NCBI RefSeq assembly: GCF_036971445.1
Contig: NW_027211833.1
Location: forward strand, 1-64,000
DNA: 64,000 nucleotides
Source: Narcine bancroftii
Taxonomy: Eukaryota
Direction of reading: 5' to 3'
Part shown: one piece after another, positions 12,950 to 23,799 of the stretch
Numbering within the stretch: the first letter of the stretch is position 1
How the letters are laid out: every line of letters starts with the position of its first letter
Translations under genes and position numbers: made by a program
Notes under the pieces: model-generated
What the model saw: only the letters and a program-made list of their open reading frames with translations
What the model was told of the DNA's origin: nothing
Databases searched by the model: none

Positions 12950-13740
12950 ATGGGGACCGGGCAAGGTGCTTTCCTTGGATTCTAGATGGCAGGGGGATGG
13001 AAACCACAATATGAGAGCAGAAGTTCAAAAGCATGAGGGTACATGTTCTGAGTTTGTAAAAAAAAAGGACAGGCAGGGGAAAAAAACAGATGGAATCAGT
13101 TCGAGGGTTTGAAATGTCTATTTCAATGCAAGGAATAAAGGGGATAAACTTTGAGCATGGATCAGTATGTACAACTATGATGTTGTGACTGTTACAGAGT
13201 CTTGGTTGGAGGAAGGGCAGGATTTGCTGATGCAGGTCCTAGGGTTTGGGTTTAAAAGGAATAGAATGAGGGGTAGTGGGGTGGGGGGAATAACATTACT
13301 GGTCAGGGATAGTATCCCAGCTATAGAAAGGGAGGTAACTGCAGAGGGGGTGTCCACTGTGACAGTGTGGGTGGCAGTCAGAAACAGGGAATGTGCCATG
13401 GGCCCCCCAATAGTCCTTGGGGCACCAAGAGCAGATAAGCAAGCAGAGTTTGGAATGGTGCAGGAAACACAGTGTTGTAGTAATGGGAGACTTGAACTTC
13501 CCCTATATTGACTAGTACTTCCAGATTGCAAGAGGGATAAATGGGTCTGAATTTGCCAAGTGTTCAAGAAGCAGTCCTGACAGCCTGTGGACCAGCTGCG
13601 AGCAGGCACACTGGATCTAATTCTGGGTAATGAACCTGGTCAGGTAGTAGGTTTTAGGGTGGTCAAGCATTTTGGTGGGAGTGACCACATCTCTGAACTT
13701 TCATATAGTTATGGATAAGGATAATTCAGACCAAATGGGA
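12950..13740 (+). mobile_element. CR1 LINE fragment (endonuclease region)
   Basis: YDVVTVTESWL...GGGITLLVRD motif. Confidence 0.75.
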
Positions 13741-14048
13741 ATCTGTTTAAGGTTTATGGATCTTAAATTTAAATGTAGAGATACATTTCAATTGTGCCAA
13801 CTCATCACAATTGTGAAAGTGAGAAAGTTGAAGCCCTCCGAAAGCACATTTCCAAGTCAGTTTCCGCAACGGCACCTTTGCCATTTTACCTTTCCAAAAC
13901 AATTTTTGGGGAATTCTGCATGGAATAGACTGAGAAGTACTGAATACGGGGAAAGACACTCACATCCGATTAACACTATTGGTAAATTGTATTTTCTCTC
14001 CTGATCTAAATGGAAAAAGCCTTTGCATTGAAACCGTCCATTCCCCTC

Positions 14049-14265
14049 AATTTTGTAAACCTCCATCAAATCTCCCCTCAATTTTGTAAACCTCCATCAA
14101 ATCTCCCCTCAATTTTGTAAACCTCCATCAAATCTCCCCTCAATTTTGTAAACCTCCATCAAATCTCCCCTCAATTTTGTAAACCTCCATCAAATCTCCC
14201 CTCAGTTTTGTAAACCTCCATCAAATCTTCCCTCAGTTTTGTAAACCTCCATCAAATCTTCCCTC
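14049..14265. repeat. 31 bp tandem repeat x7 amplified from CR1 ORF2
   Basis: AATTTTGTAAACCTCCATCAAATCTCCCCTC; the reverse strand encodes the CR1 motif RGDLMEVYKI. Confidence 0.92.
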
Positions 14266-14830
14266 ATTCTTCTCCACTAAGTCCTTACCTGTTTAATCTT
14301 TCCCTGTAAATCCTGAAGACAGCACCATCCTAGTCAACCTTCTCTGCCCTCTTTTCCATCTTACCGATATCCTTCCTGCAGTTTGGCAATCAGTACTGCA
14401 CACAATACTCCAAATTTGGCCTCACTAATGTCATATACAATCTCACCCTAACATCCCAGCTCCTGTTCTCAATACTTTAATCAATGAAGGGAAAGATGCC
14501 AAAAGGTTTCTTCACAACACTGTCCATCTGTGATGCCACTTCCTGAGAATTCAGTCCTGTATTCCAAGATCCCTTTGTTCCTCTGCACCCCTCAGTGCCC
14601 ATCCATTGACTGTGTATCGAGGGGGGTCACCCCTCATACTTTTCTGCATTAAATTCCATCTGCCACTTTCTTGCCCATTTTTCCAGAGGTCTCTGCAAGC
14701 TTTCCTTGTTGTCCACAGAGCCTGAAATCTTTGAGTCCTCAGCATGCTAATCCCGGTCGTTGATGTAGACAACTATGGTCTCAGCACCTATCCAAGGCAC
14801 ACCACTGGTCACAGGCCTCCAGTCATCTCC
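14266..14830 (-). mobile_element. CR1 LINE fragment
   Basis: Similar to the CR1 at 49410-50540; EEQRDLGI motif. Confidence 0.7.
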
Positions 14831-15150
14831 TCCCACCATCACCTCCTATTCAGCCAATTTGGACCCATACGCCCTGAGCACAAGCCCTCCAAAATGTTGT
14901 GGGCACAGCCCAGGACATTACAGGCAAAACCCTACCCAAGATAGAGAAAAATTTGAAGGGAAATTGCTGACAGAAAGCAGCAGCAATCATCAAAGATCCA
15001 CACCACCCAGGACACAATGTTCTCACTGATACCTTCAGCCAAGAGGGACAGGTGCCACAAGACTCAGATTCAGAAACAGCTGCGAACGACCCCCTACATC
15101 TGGAAATAAACCTGTTTTCATTTCCCTTGTCAATTTCCCTCAATGTAGTG

Positions 15151-16717
15151 GGAATCACGTTGCTCTCCATTGCAGGCAAAATCTTCGCTAGGATTCTACT
15201 AAATAGAATAATACCTAGTGTCGCTGAGAATATTCTCCCAGAATCACAGTGCGGCTTTCGCGCAAACAGAGGAACCACTGACATGGTCTTTGCCCTCAGA
15301 CAGCTCCAAGAAAAGTGCAGAGAACAAAACAAAGGACTCTACATCACCTTTGTTGACCTCACCAAAGCCTTCGACACCGTGAGCAGGAAAGGGCTTTGGC
15401 AAATACTAGAGCGCATCGGATGTCCCCCAAAGTTCCTCAACATGATTATCCAACTGCACGAAAACCAACAAGGTCGGGTCAGATACAGCAATGAGCTCTC
15501 TGAACCCTTCTCCATTAACAATGGCGTGAAGCAAGGCTGTGTTCTCGCACCAACCCTCTTTTCAATCTTCTTCAGCATGATGCTGAACCAAGCCATGAAA
15601 GACCCCAACAATGAAGACGCTGTTTACATCCGGTACCGCACGGATGGCAGTCTCTTCAATCTGAGGCGCCTGCAAGCTCACACCAAGACACAAGAGAAAC
15701 TTGTCCGTGAACTACTCTTTGCAGATGATGCCGCTTTAGTTGCCCATTCAGAGCCAGCTCTTCAGCGCTTGACGTCCTGCTTTGCGGAAACTGCCAAAAT
15801 GTTTGGCCTGGAAGTCAGCCTGAAGAAAACTGAGGTCCTCCATCAGCCAGCTCCCCACCATGACTACCAGCCCCCCCACATCTCCATCGGGCACACAAAA
15901 CTCAAAACGGTCAACCAGTTTACCTATCTCGGCTGCACCATTTCATCAGATGCAAGGATCGACAATGAGATAGACAACAGACTCGCCAAGGCAAATAGCG
16001 CCTTTGGAAGACTACACAAAAGAGTCTGGAAAAACAACCAACTGAAAAACCTCACAAAGATAAGCGTATACAGAGCCGTTGTCATACCCACACTCCTGTT
16101 CGGCTCCGAATCATGGGTCCTCTACCGGCACCACCTACGGCTCCTAGAACGCTTCCACCAGCGTTGTCTCCGCTCCATCCTCAACATCCATTGGAGCGCT
16201 CACACCCCTAACGTCGAGGTACTCGAGATGGCAGAGGTCGACAGCATCGAGTCCACGCTGCTGAAGATCCAGCTGCGCTGGATGGGTCACGTCTCCAGAA
16301 TGGAGGACCATCGCCTTCCCAAGATCGTATTATATGGCGAGCTCTCCACTGGCCACCGTGACAGAGGTGCACCAAAGAAAAGGTACAAGGACTGCCTAAA
16401 GAAATCTCTTGGTGCCTGCCACATTGACCACCGCCAGTGGGCTGATAACGCCTCAAACCGTGCATCTTGGCGCCTCACAGTTTGGCGGGCAGCAGCCTCC
16501 TTTGAAGAAGACCGCAGAGCCCACCTCACTGACAAAAGGCAAAAGAGGAAAAACCCAACACCCAACCCCAACCAACCAATTTTCCCTTGCAACCGCTGCA
16601 ATCGTGTCTGCCTGTCCCGCATCGGACTGGTCAGCCACAAACGAGCCTGCAGCTGACGTGGACTTTTTTACCCCCTCCATAAATCTTCGTCCGCGAAGCC
16701 AAGCCAAAGAAAAGAAG
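15151..16717 (+). mobile_element. Young 5'-truncated RTE-clade LINE
   Basis: Uninterrupted RT reading frame from GITLLS to the stop at 16656; 3 aa differences from the 4614-5977 copy; AAG-rich tail. Confidence 0.95.
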
Positions 16718-17009
16718 TGAACCTTCATCAAATTTTCCCTCATTCTCCAACACCAAGGAATGACGCCCGAATATAGAGCCCTTGAATAAAGTTTTGCTAT
16801 AACATTCATTTAAAAGGTGTGAAGAATGGATTCGCTCTTGTAGTTCCCTGGTTCGGACAGCATATGGTAGCATTGGTCCTGAATACGGCTTCATGCAGTA
16901 CCCAGTTTTAACACAAGGTAGAAGTTTACAGCAGTTCCCATTTGATTTTCCAACAGCTGATGGTGGGACAAGACCATTGGGACAGGACTTGGAGGTATTA
17001 TGGATGGTG

Positions 17010-17398
17010 TGGAAGGTTTCTGTGGGTGAGAAGAGGACGTGGAGGATGCAGAAGGTTTCTGTGGGTGAAAGGAGAGGACGTGGAGGGTGCGGGAAGGTTT
17101 CTGTGGGTGAGGAGAGGACGTGGAGGGTGAGGAGAGTTTCTGTGGGTGAGGAGAGGACATGGAAGGTGCAGAAGGTTTCTGTGGGTGAGGCGAGGACGTG
17201 GAGAGTGCGGAAGGTTTTTGTGGGTGAGGAGAGGACGTGGAGGGTGCGGAGAGTTTCTGTGGGTGAGGAGAGGACATGGAAGGCGCAGAAGGTTTCTGTG
17301 GGTGAGGAGAGGACGTGGAGGGTGCGGAAGGTTTCTGTGGGTGAGGAGAGGATGTGAATGTGTTGTGGATGATGCGGAAGGTTTCTGTGGGTGAGGAC
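17010..17398. repeat. 39 bp minisatellite (GGAAGGTTTCTGTGGGTGAGGAGAGGACGTGGAGGGTGC)
   Basis: About 10 units; explains the repetitive ORFs on both strands. Confidence 0.93.
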
Positions 17399-18476
17399 AG
17401 CAATATTGACAGGATGCAGAGCTGGTGGAGAGTTAAAGATCAAGGCAGACAACAAAGTTAATTTCAGGATCCTTCACTGTGGAAGGAAGAGGGACCACCC
17501 TGTTGTACAAATCTATAGATCAGTCTTGGTTGCCTTGAAGATTGCTGGGGTGGTTTAGGGGGCATGTGGTGAGCTGAGCTTCAGTTAGGGGATGGAGTTC
17601 AAGAACCACGAGATCATGTTGCAGCTCTACTCAACGATGGTTGAACTGCACTTGTTCTGTTCTGGCCACCACATTAGTGACTAAGAATACATCCCAAACC
17701 CATTCAGTGGATGGGATATACTCTGTCCAGAGATCAGTGACTCTTGGGAATTCTGCAGGAATTGTTCTGTGATCTTACTGATTTGTTTTAATTATGAAGG
17801 ACCTGGATCAGCAAGGATGCAGTCGCTGGTGGTTTGCACAGTGTGGAAGGTTGTTGCAGGATACATCAGGACAGACAGGATGCAGAGATGGGCAGAAAAG
17901 TGGCAGATGTGATAAGTGAGGTGATGCATTTTAAAAGGTCAAATTTCTGATATATCGTCAAAGCACATACCTGGCATCATATACAGTCCCAAGATTCTCA
18001 TTGCCTGCAGGCACGGCAAAACTATCACTAATTAATTGTGCCAAACTGTAAATAGTAAACAACCAACTGCAATCCAGAGAACAAAGAGAAACCTCAATAA
18101 AGTGCACAAGCAAGAGTCCGCAAATCAGTTTCAGTTTCTCATTGAATGGTAGCAGCTGTTCCTGAACCTGGTTGTTCGATTCTTGTGGCCCCTACACCTC
18201 TTTCCTGATGGTGGCAGCAAGAACAGAGCATGTGCTGGGTTTTTGATCATTGCTGCTGCCCTCTGACATCAGCGTTCCCTGGAGACTTAGGGTTAGGGGA
18301 GAGTTTTGGCTGGAACGTCTTGGGCTGTGTCCACTACCTTTTGGAGGGCTTTTCGTTCAGGGGTTTTTAATGTTTCCATACCAGACCATCATGCAGCTGG
18401 TCAGCACACTTTCCACCACACCTCTGTAGAAATATGCCAGGGTTTCTGATGTCAAACCACATTCCAAACCTCAACT

Positions 18477-18791
18477 CAGTGGTTCTCAGCCTTTTTCTTT
18501 CCACTTAGCTCAGCAGGCCCCATCCCATCTGAGCTCTGTGATTAGTAAGGAATTATTTCAGGTGGAAAGAAAAAGTTTGAAAACCACTAATCTTATCTCA
18601 TTGACTGTTTCATAACTCCAAAGGAAATAGACCAATGGCAATTTTTCAAGCAAAATATTTCAGTAACATTTGGGTCCAGAGCAGTGATCATCAACCTTCC
18701 CTTCCCACCTGAAACAATCACAGAACACCGATAGGCGAGGGAATACTTACAGTGGTAATTTGAGTGAAAAGAAAAAGGTTGGGAACCACTG
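18477..18791. mobile_element. Non-autonomous hAT-like MITE
   Basis: TIRs CAGTGGTTCTCAGCCTTTTT / AAAAAGGTTGGGAACCACTG; 8-bp flanks CCTCAACT / CCTTAAGT (6/8 match). Confidence 0.7.
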
Positions 18792-19904
18792 CCTTAAGTG
18801 GTTAATGTCACCATTCCTAACAGTGCAGAAGAACAGGGGGAGCTTGGTGTTCAAATACATAATCTCTCAAGCTTGTCACACAGCGAGTAGTTCAGAAAGC
18901 TTGTGGTCTGCTGGCCTTCATTGAGTTCAAGAGCCGAGGTCATGTAGCATTTCAACAAAACTGAGAACAAGTTAGAATATTGTTCTGTTCTAGGTAGGTT
19001 GCATTATGGAAATGATGCAGAAGTTTGTTGAACTGCAGGTCACTGAGGCTTGAGGGATGAATGACAGAAGTTTCCAGAATGCAATCTCACCAACAAGGTT
19101 GGAGGAAGGTGGGTCAGTGACAATCAGGAGAAGGAAAGGGAACAGGCTGCCAATGCAGGGCTCTCCTGTGGCTGTTCCCTTCAATAACATTTCATTTTGG
19201 ATCATGTTGGAGGACAAACTGTCAGGGACAAGCCATGGCTGTCAGGTCTCTGGAATAAAGCCTGGCCTTGTGGTCAAGATGAGAAGGGAGGGTGGGAAGA
19301 GGAAGGCTGTGTTGAGAGGAGATGACAGTGAGGTGGGGGAAGGATGGAGTTAAGAGGTTCTGTGGAAGAGAGGATCCCAGGTGGTTTGTTCCCAAGTGGA
19401 TGAATAAACCACCTGGGATGACCCATGACACGGATAGGAATGATGCTGAAGTCCTGCTAAGATTTCATGGAGCTCGGAGTGAAGTGGAAGCTCAGGACCC
19501 CCAGGGTTGAAATCTTGGGTTCGTTTCCTGTGCCATGAGCTGGAGAGGTTAGAAATAAGGACAATGCAGCTTAACATGTGGCTTCAGAGATGGGGCAGGA
19601 GGAAGGATCAGATTTCTGGATCATTGGGTTCATCCAGGGAAGGTGGAACCTTGACCAGGACAATTTGCTTCAGAACTGGAAGGGGTGAATATTCTCTCAG
19701 GAAGATTTGTGCTTTTTACTCTGGGTGGGTGGGGGTGGTTGGTGGAAAGGTTTTTGCAAATTTCTTGAATTTCTGAGCAAGGACAGATAGTGGGAGCGTG
19801 GGGGAGCATAGCCACATGGGAGGAATGCCGATATACAATTCTCTTAAAGGCTTCACAGATGGTAAGAGGAGTGAGGAAAGCATTTGGCATCTTGACCTTC
19901 ATCA

Positions 19905-19932
19905 TTAGGGTTAGGGTTAGGGTTAGGGTTAG
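19905..19932 (+). repeat. Short interstitial telomeric repeat (TTAGGG)4TTAG
   Basis: Perfect vertebrate telomere units at a CR1/RTE junction. Confidence 0.9.
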
Positions 19933-20815
19933 ATCTGCCCACTGGCGGTGGTCAATGTGGCAGGCACCAAGAGATTTCTTTAAGCAGTCCTTGTACCTCT
20001 TCTTTGGTGCACCTCTGTCTCGGTGGCCAGTGGAGAGCTCGCCATAGAACACTATCTTGGGAAGGCGATGGTCCTCCATTCTGGAGACGTGACTCACCCA
20101 GCGCAGTTGCGTCTTCAGCAGCGTGGATTCGATGCTTGCGGACTCTGCCAGCTCAAGTACTTCAATGTTGAAGTCACTCCAATGAATGTTGAGGATGGAG
20201 CGGAGACAGCGCTGATGGAAGCGTTCTAGGAGCCGTAGGTGATGCCGGTAGAGGACCCATGATTCAGAGCTGAACAGGAGCGTGGGTATGTCAACGGCTC
20301 TGTACATGCTGATCTTTGTGTGTTTCTTCAGGTAGTTATTTTTCCAGACTCTTTTGTGTAGTCTTCAAAATGCGCTATTTGCCTTGGCAAGTCTGTTGTC
20401 TATCTCGCTGTCGATCCTTGCATCCGATGAAATGGTGCAGCTGAGGTAGGTAAACTGGTTGACCGTTTTGAGTTCTGTGTGCCCGATGGAGATGTGGGGG
20501 GGGGGGGTGGCTGGTAGTCATGGTGGGGCGCTGGCTGATGGAGGACCTCAGTTTTCCTCAGGCTGACTTCCAGGCCAAACATTTTGGCAGTTTCCGCAAA
20601 ACAGGACGTCATGCGTGAGAGCTGGCTCTGAAAGGGCAACTAAAGCGGCCTCGTCTGCAAAGAGTAGTTCACGGACAAGTTGCTCTTGCGTCTTGGTGTG
20701 AGCTTGCAGGTGCCTCAGATTGAAGAGACTGCCATCCGTGTGGTACCGGCTGTAAACAGCGTCTTCATTGTTGAGGTCTTTCATGGCTTGTTTCAGCATC
20801 ATGCTGAAGAAGATA
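19933..20815 (-). mobile_element. Older RTE-clade LINE fragment, truncated at both ends
   Basis: Frameshifted homolog of the 15151-16717 RT. Confidence 0.9.
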
Positions 20816-20854
20816 GTAAAGAGATTCATGTAAGACAGATTCATGTAAGACAGC

Positions 20855-21050
20855 AATAATTACAGTAATACCAAAGATGGGGAAGGATCCATTAACACCA
20901 GCATCATTTAGACCAATATCTCTACTTAATTCAGATTATAAAATAATAGCAAAATTATTAGCAAACAGATTGGCCGACTGTGTACCAAAAAAATAGTAAA
21001 ACAAGATCAAACTGGATTTATTAAGAAAAGACGAACAGTGGATAAATTTG
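20855..21050 (+). mobile_element. L1-like RT fragment
   Basis: Translates to GKDPLTPASFRPISLLNSDYKIIAKLLANRL...DQTGFIKKR. Confidence 0.75.
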
Positions 21051-21084
21051 CTACACACAGTAGTTGAGAGAGGAAAAAAACATG

Positions 21085-21755
21085 GTGCATGAATCACAAA
21101 AAGTTGGGTTGCAGGTCCAGCAGGTTACTAAGAAGGCAAATGGATGAATGGCCTTCATCGCTAGAGGAACTGAATTCAAGAATAGGGAGGTTTTGCTTTA
21201 ACTCTACTGGTGAGGTACTGGTGAGGCCATCCCTGGAGAACTGTGCAGTTCTGGTATCTTTCCTCAAGTATAGACTGGCCTTGGAGACAGCCCAGAGGAG
21301 GTTCACCAGGTTGATCCCGGAGAAGAGGGGGTTGACCTACCAGGAGAGACTAAATTGTCTGGGATTATACTCACTTGAATTCAGAAAAATGAAAGATCTT
21401 ATAGAAGCATGTAATATTCTGAAAGGGAGAGATAAGAGAGAGACAGGAAAATGGTTTTCACTGGTAGGGGAGACCAGAACGAAGGGACACAACGTCAAGA
21501 TTCAGGGGAGATTGGGAAAAACTGTTTTTCCCAGAGAGGAGTGAATCTGTGGAATTGTCTGCCCAGGAAAGTGGTTGAGGGGACTTCATTAACCCTAGTT
21601 AAGGTTCAGAATTTGATTTAAAAATGGAATGAAGGGATATGGGGAAAGGCAGGTCGGTGGAGTGGAGTGAATGATCAGATCAGCCACGATCTTAATGAAT
21701 GGCGGAGCAGACTCGACGGGCCGAAGCCCGACTCCTGCTCCTATTGCTTCTGGTC
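21085..21755 (+). mobile_element. CR1 LINE 3' fragment ending just upstream of the Ig-receptor promoter
   Basis: LVRPSLENC..QRRFTRLIP..LGLYSLE followed by a CR1-type 3'UTR. Confidence 0.8.
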
Positions 21756-21949
21756 CATGGGAGGGGGTGACACTCAGCCTAGTGACGCCACCGGTGCTGG
21801 GGAGGTCGAAGTGCTTTCGAAGAGATCCAGTCCTTTCTCTTTCCGACGTGACGCACGGAGAGGCACGAAGCACCGTGGTTCGTTCAGCAGCTCCTTCACT
21901 CAGTTCTTGGCCACTGTCCAGCAGCGCGGTGGAATCGTCCTTCACCAAC
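21756..21949 (+). promoter_or_regulatory. Putative CpG-rich TATA-less promoter/5'UTR of the Ig receptor gene
   Basis: CpG-dense; CRE half-sites TGACG at 21783 and 21849; lies immediately before the ATG. Confidence 0.45.
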
Positions 21950-21995
21950 ATGTCATCAGTTCAACGCTTACTTTCTCAACTCGCTTTTTGTCTGG
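21950..21995 (+). CDS. VJ-C1-ITIM receptor, exon 1: leader (MSSVQRLLSQLAFCL-G)
   Basis: ATG with A at -3, hydrophobic peptide, phase-1 donor G|GTAATT, 96-nt intron to the V exon. Confidence 0.75.
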
Positions 21996-22091
21996 GTAAT
22001 TCAGGAGTTCACTCTTCTTGTTTTGTCATTTCAGGTGTCCCTCCTCAGTGACTTTGTTACTTGACCAGAAACGGGTTATTTTCTGTCGCAG

Positions 22092-22421
22092 GTCTCGCCG
22101 TGGCGCCGAAAGTGATCCAGTCTCCCTCAACGATGACCCTTCTCCGGGGACAGACCGCTCGGATCAACTGCTCCCTGTGGGGCAGGGAGGAGTGGGGGGA
22201 TTCGGCCAGGTATTATTGGTCTCGACACGATTCACCCATCGGCTGCAACCGGTCCCAGGATTTCCTGAAAAACGGACCTCGGCTGACGACAAGGTCGGAC
22301 GGCTCGCTGGTCCTTCTGGACGTGGCCGTGAGTGACGCCGACACTTACTATTGCTGCGTGGTTGCGGATACCAGACCCTGGACAAGGTTGTCAGGAAACG
22401 GAACGCAATTGAACGTTCAAG
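22092..22421 (+). CDS. VJ-C1-ITIM receptor, exon 2: V-set Ig domain with germline-joined J-like strand
   Basis: TTTTCTGTCGCAG acceptor; VIQSP...ARINC...YYW...DADTYYC...SGNGTQLNVQ; donor G|GTAAAG; phase 1-1. Confidence 0.93.
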
Positions 22422-23187
22422 GTAAAGGTGAACTTCAGTCGGTGAACTCTGCCAATGCTCAGCAGAGCCGGGCAGCCGTGGGGCCGGACAACCCAGCCAA
22501 CGTCCCCGATCAGATTCAACCCAACCAGTGTTTTTCCCAGGCAAAGTTACCACCTCTTGGCGGTGCAAAAAACGGTATTTCTGGACACGCGGGCGCTCTC
22601 TCCGTGCGTGGCCTGGCCCGCGGAAGAATCCCCAGTTTGACTTAGGAACCGAGGTCAGCAGATTAACCAACACTGAAACAGTTCCCCGGACAGATCCAAA
22701 AGTCAGTGGACAGCGTGGACCCCCCCCCCCCCCCCCCCCACCACCGCCCCCCCCACCACCCCGCCGCAGAGCTCCACTTGCAGAGAGGTCGCTTTCCCAG
22801 CCCCGACCGGTTAAACACGTTGTTGCCATTGGTAAAGAGTGAAAACTTGCTGGGAAACAAATTTAAAGAAGATGCTGGAAACCCTCAGCATCTGTGGGGA
22901 GAAATGGCTTTTTGAACGTTTCCCATTGAAGCCCAGTCAGAAACTCAAACATTCACCCTGTTTCTTCTCCCGCGGATACGGACGAGGCGGCTGAGTCTTT
23001 CCAGCATCTTCTGCTTTTATTTTGGATTTTCAACTTAAAACAGAATCACCTTGTTCGATTTAATTTCCCATCGGCGCGCTCTTCGAGACCAGACCGAGCA
23101 CCACCGGCCGTTTCTGCCGCAGTTCCTCGCGGTGCCAGTCTCGGTTGGGCCAACATCCACAGCGTGTTATTTTTCCGTTTCATTCAG

Positions 23188-23487
23188 CGAAGCCCGAGCT
23201 CTTGCTCTCTGTGGATCCCAGGGTGAAGGCTGACGGGATTCGGACGCTGAGTTGTGAGGCCACGAGGTTTTTCCCGAGAGATCTGAATATTTCTTGGACC
23301 ATAACGGGCGGTGTCCCCTCCGAAAGCGAAGCGGGACAGCCATCAGTCAACGGGGACGGGACCTACCACCTGACCTCCCGGCTGCGGATCATTGAGACTC
23401 GGCAGGAGCCGGGTCCCGTCGTCACCTGCCACGTTCGGCACGTTACGGGCAATTCGTCGGCGAGCAAAAGTTTCCGTCTCATCCGAG
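23188..23487 (+). CDS. VJ-C1-ITIM receptor, exon 3: C1-set Ig domain
   Basis: TTTCATTCAG acceptor; AKP...LSCEATRFFPRDLNISW...NGDGTYHLTSRL...TCHVRH; donor G|GTAGGT; phase 1-1. Confidence 0.93.
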
Positions 23488-23799
23488 GTAGGTGGTTGAC
23501 AAAAGGATGAAATCCCACAGCCACTTTCTTCCGATTCCTGCTCAAATTTCAAGGGAGATAGAGTAAATATAGAGAAACCATTCGTCAATCTGAAATAGAC
23601 ACGGGGTATAAAGTATCAGGAAAACATCGTCAATGCATCGAATTTTATCCATTAACATTTCTCATAAGAATGATACAGTATTTGGAAATGAATAACTTGC
23701 TGAGATCAGTCCCGAATGGAATCCGAAGCAGAAAGAGGCACTCCCTTTTTACAGAAGCGGATTAATCTGCTAAGAGCTCCATACTTTTCTATTTCGTTT

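Noticed and set aside
14049-14265. CRISPR-like array (also 8410-8578 and 9241-9525)
   Set aside because: No unique spacers; eukaryotic tandem repeats.
15052-16656. 534-aa ORF (and the 436-aa ORF at 4673-5983) as a host gene or autonomous element
   Set aside because: 5'-truncated RTE RT; the N-terminal residues come from flanking DNA and the endonuclease domain is missing.
16631-17455. Repetitive 274/170/154-aa ORFs
   Set aside because: Products of a 39-bp in-frame minisatellite.
22164-22829. 221-aa antisense ORF over the V exon
   Set aside because: Shadow ORF of GC-rich sequence plus a poly-C tract.
22092-23487. Calling the gene a TCR, IgL or IgNAR
   Set aside because: No RSS, no FGxG/WGxG, TM lacks charged residues and the tail has ITIMs; no gene symbol assigned.
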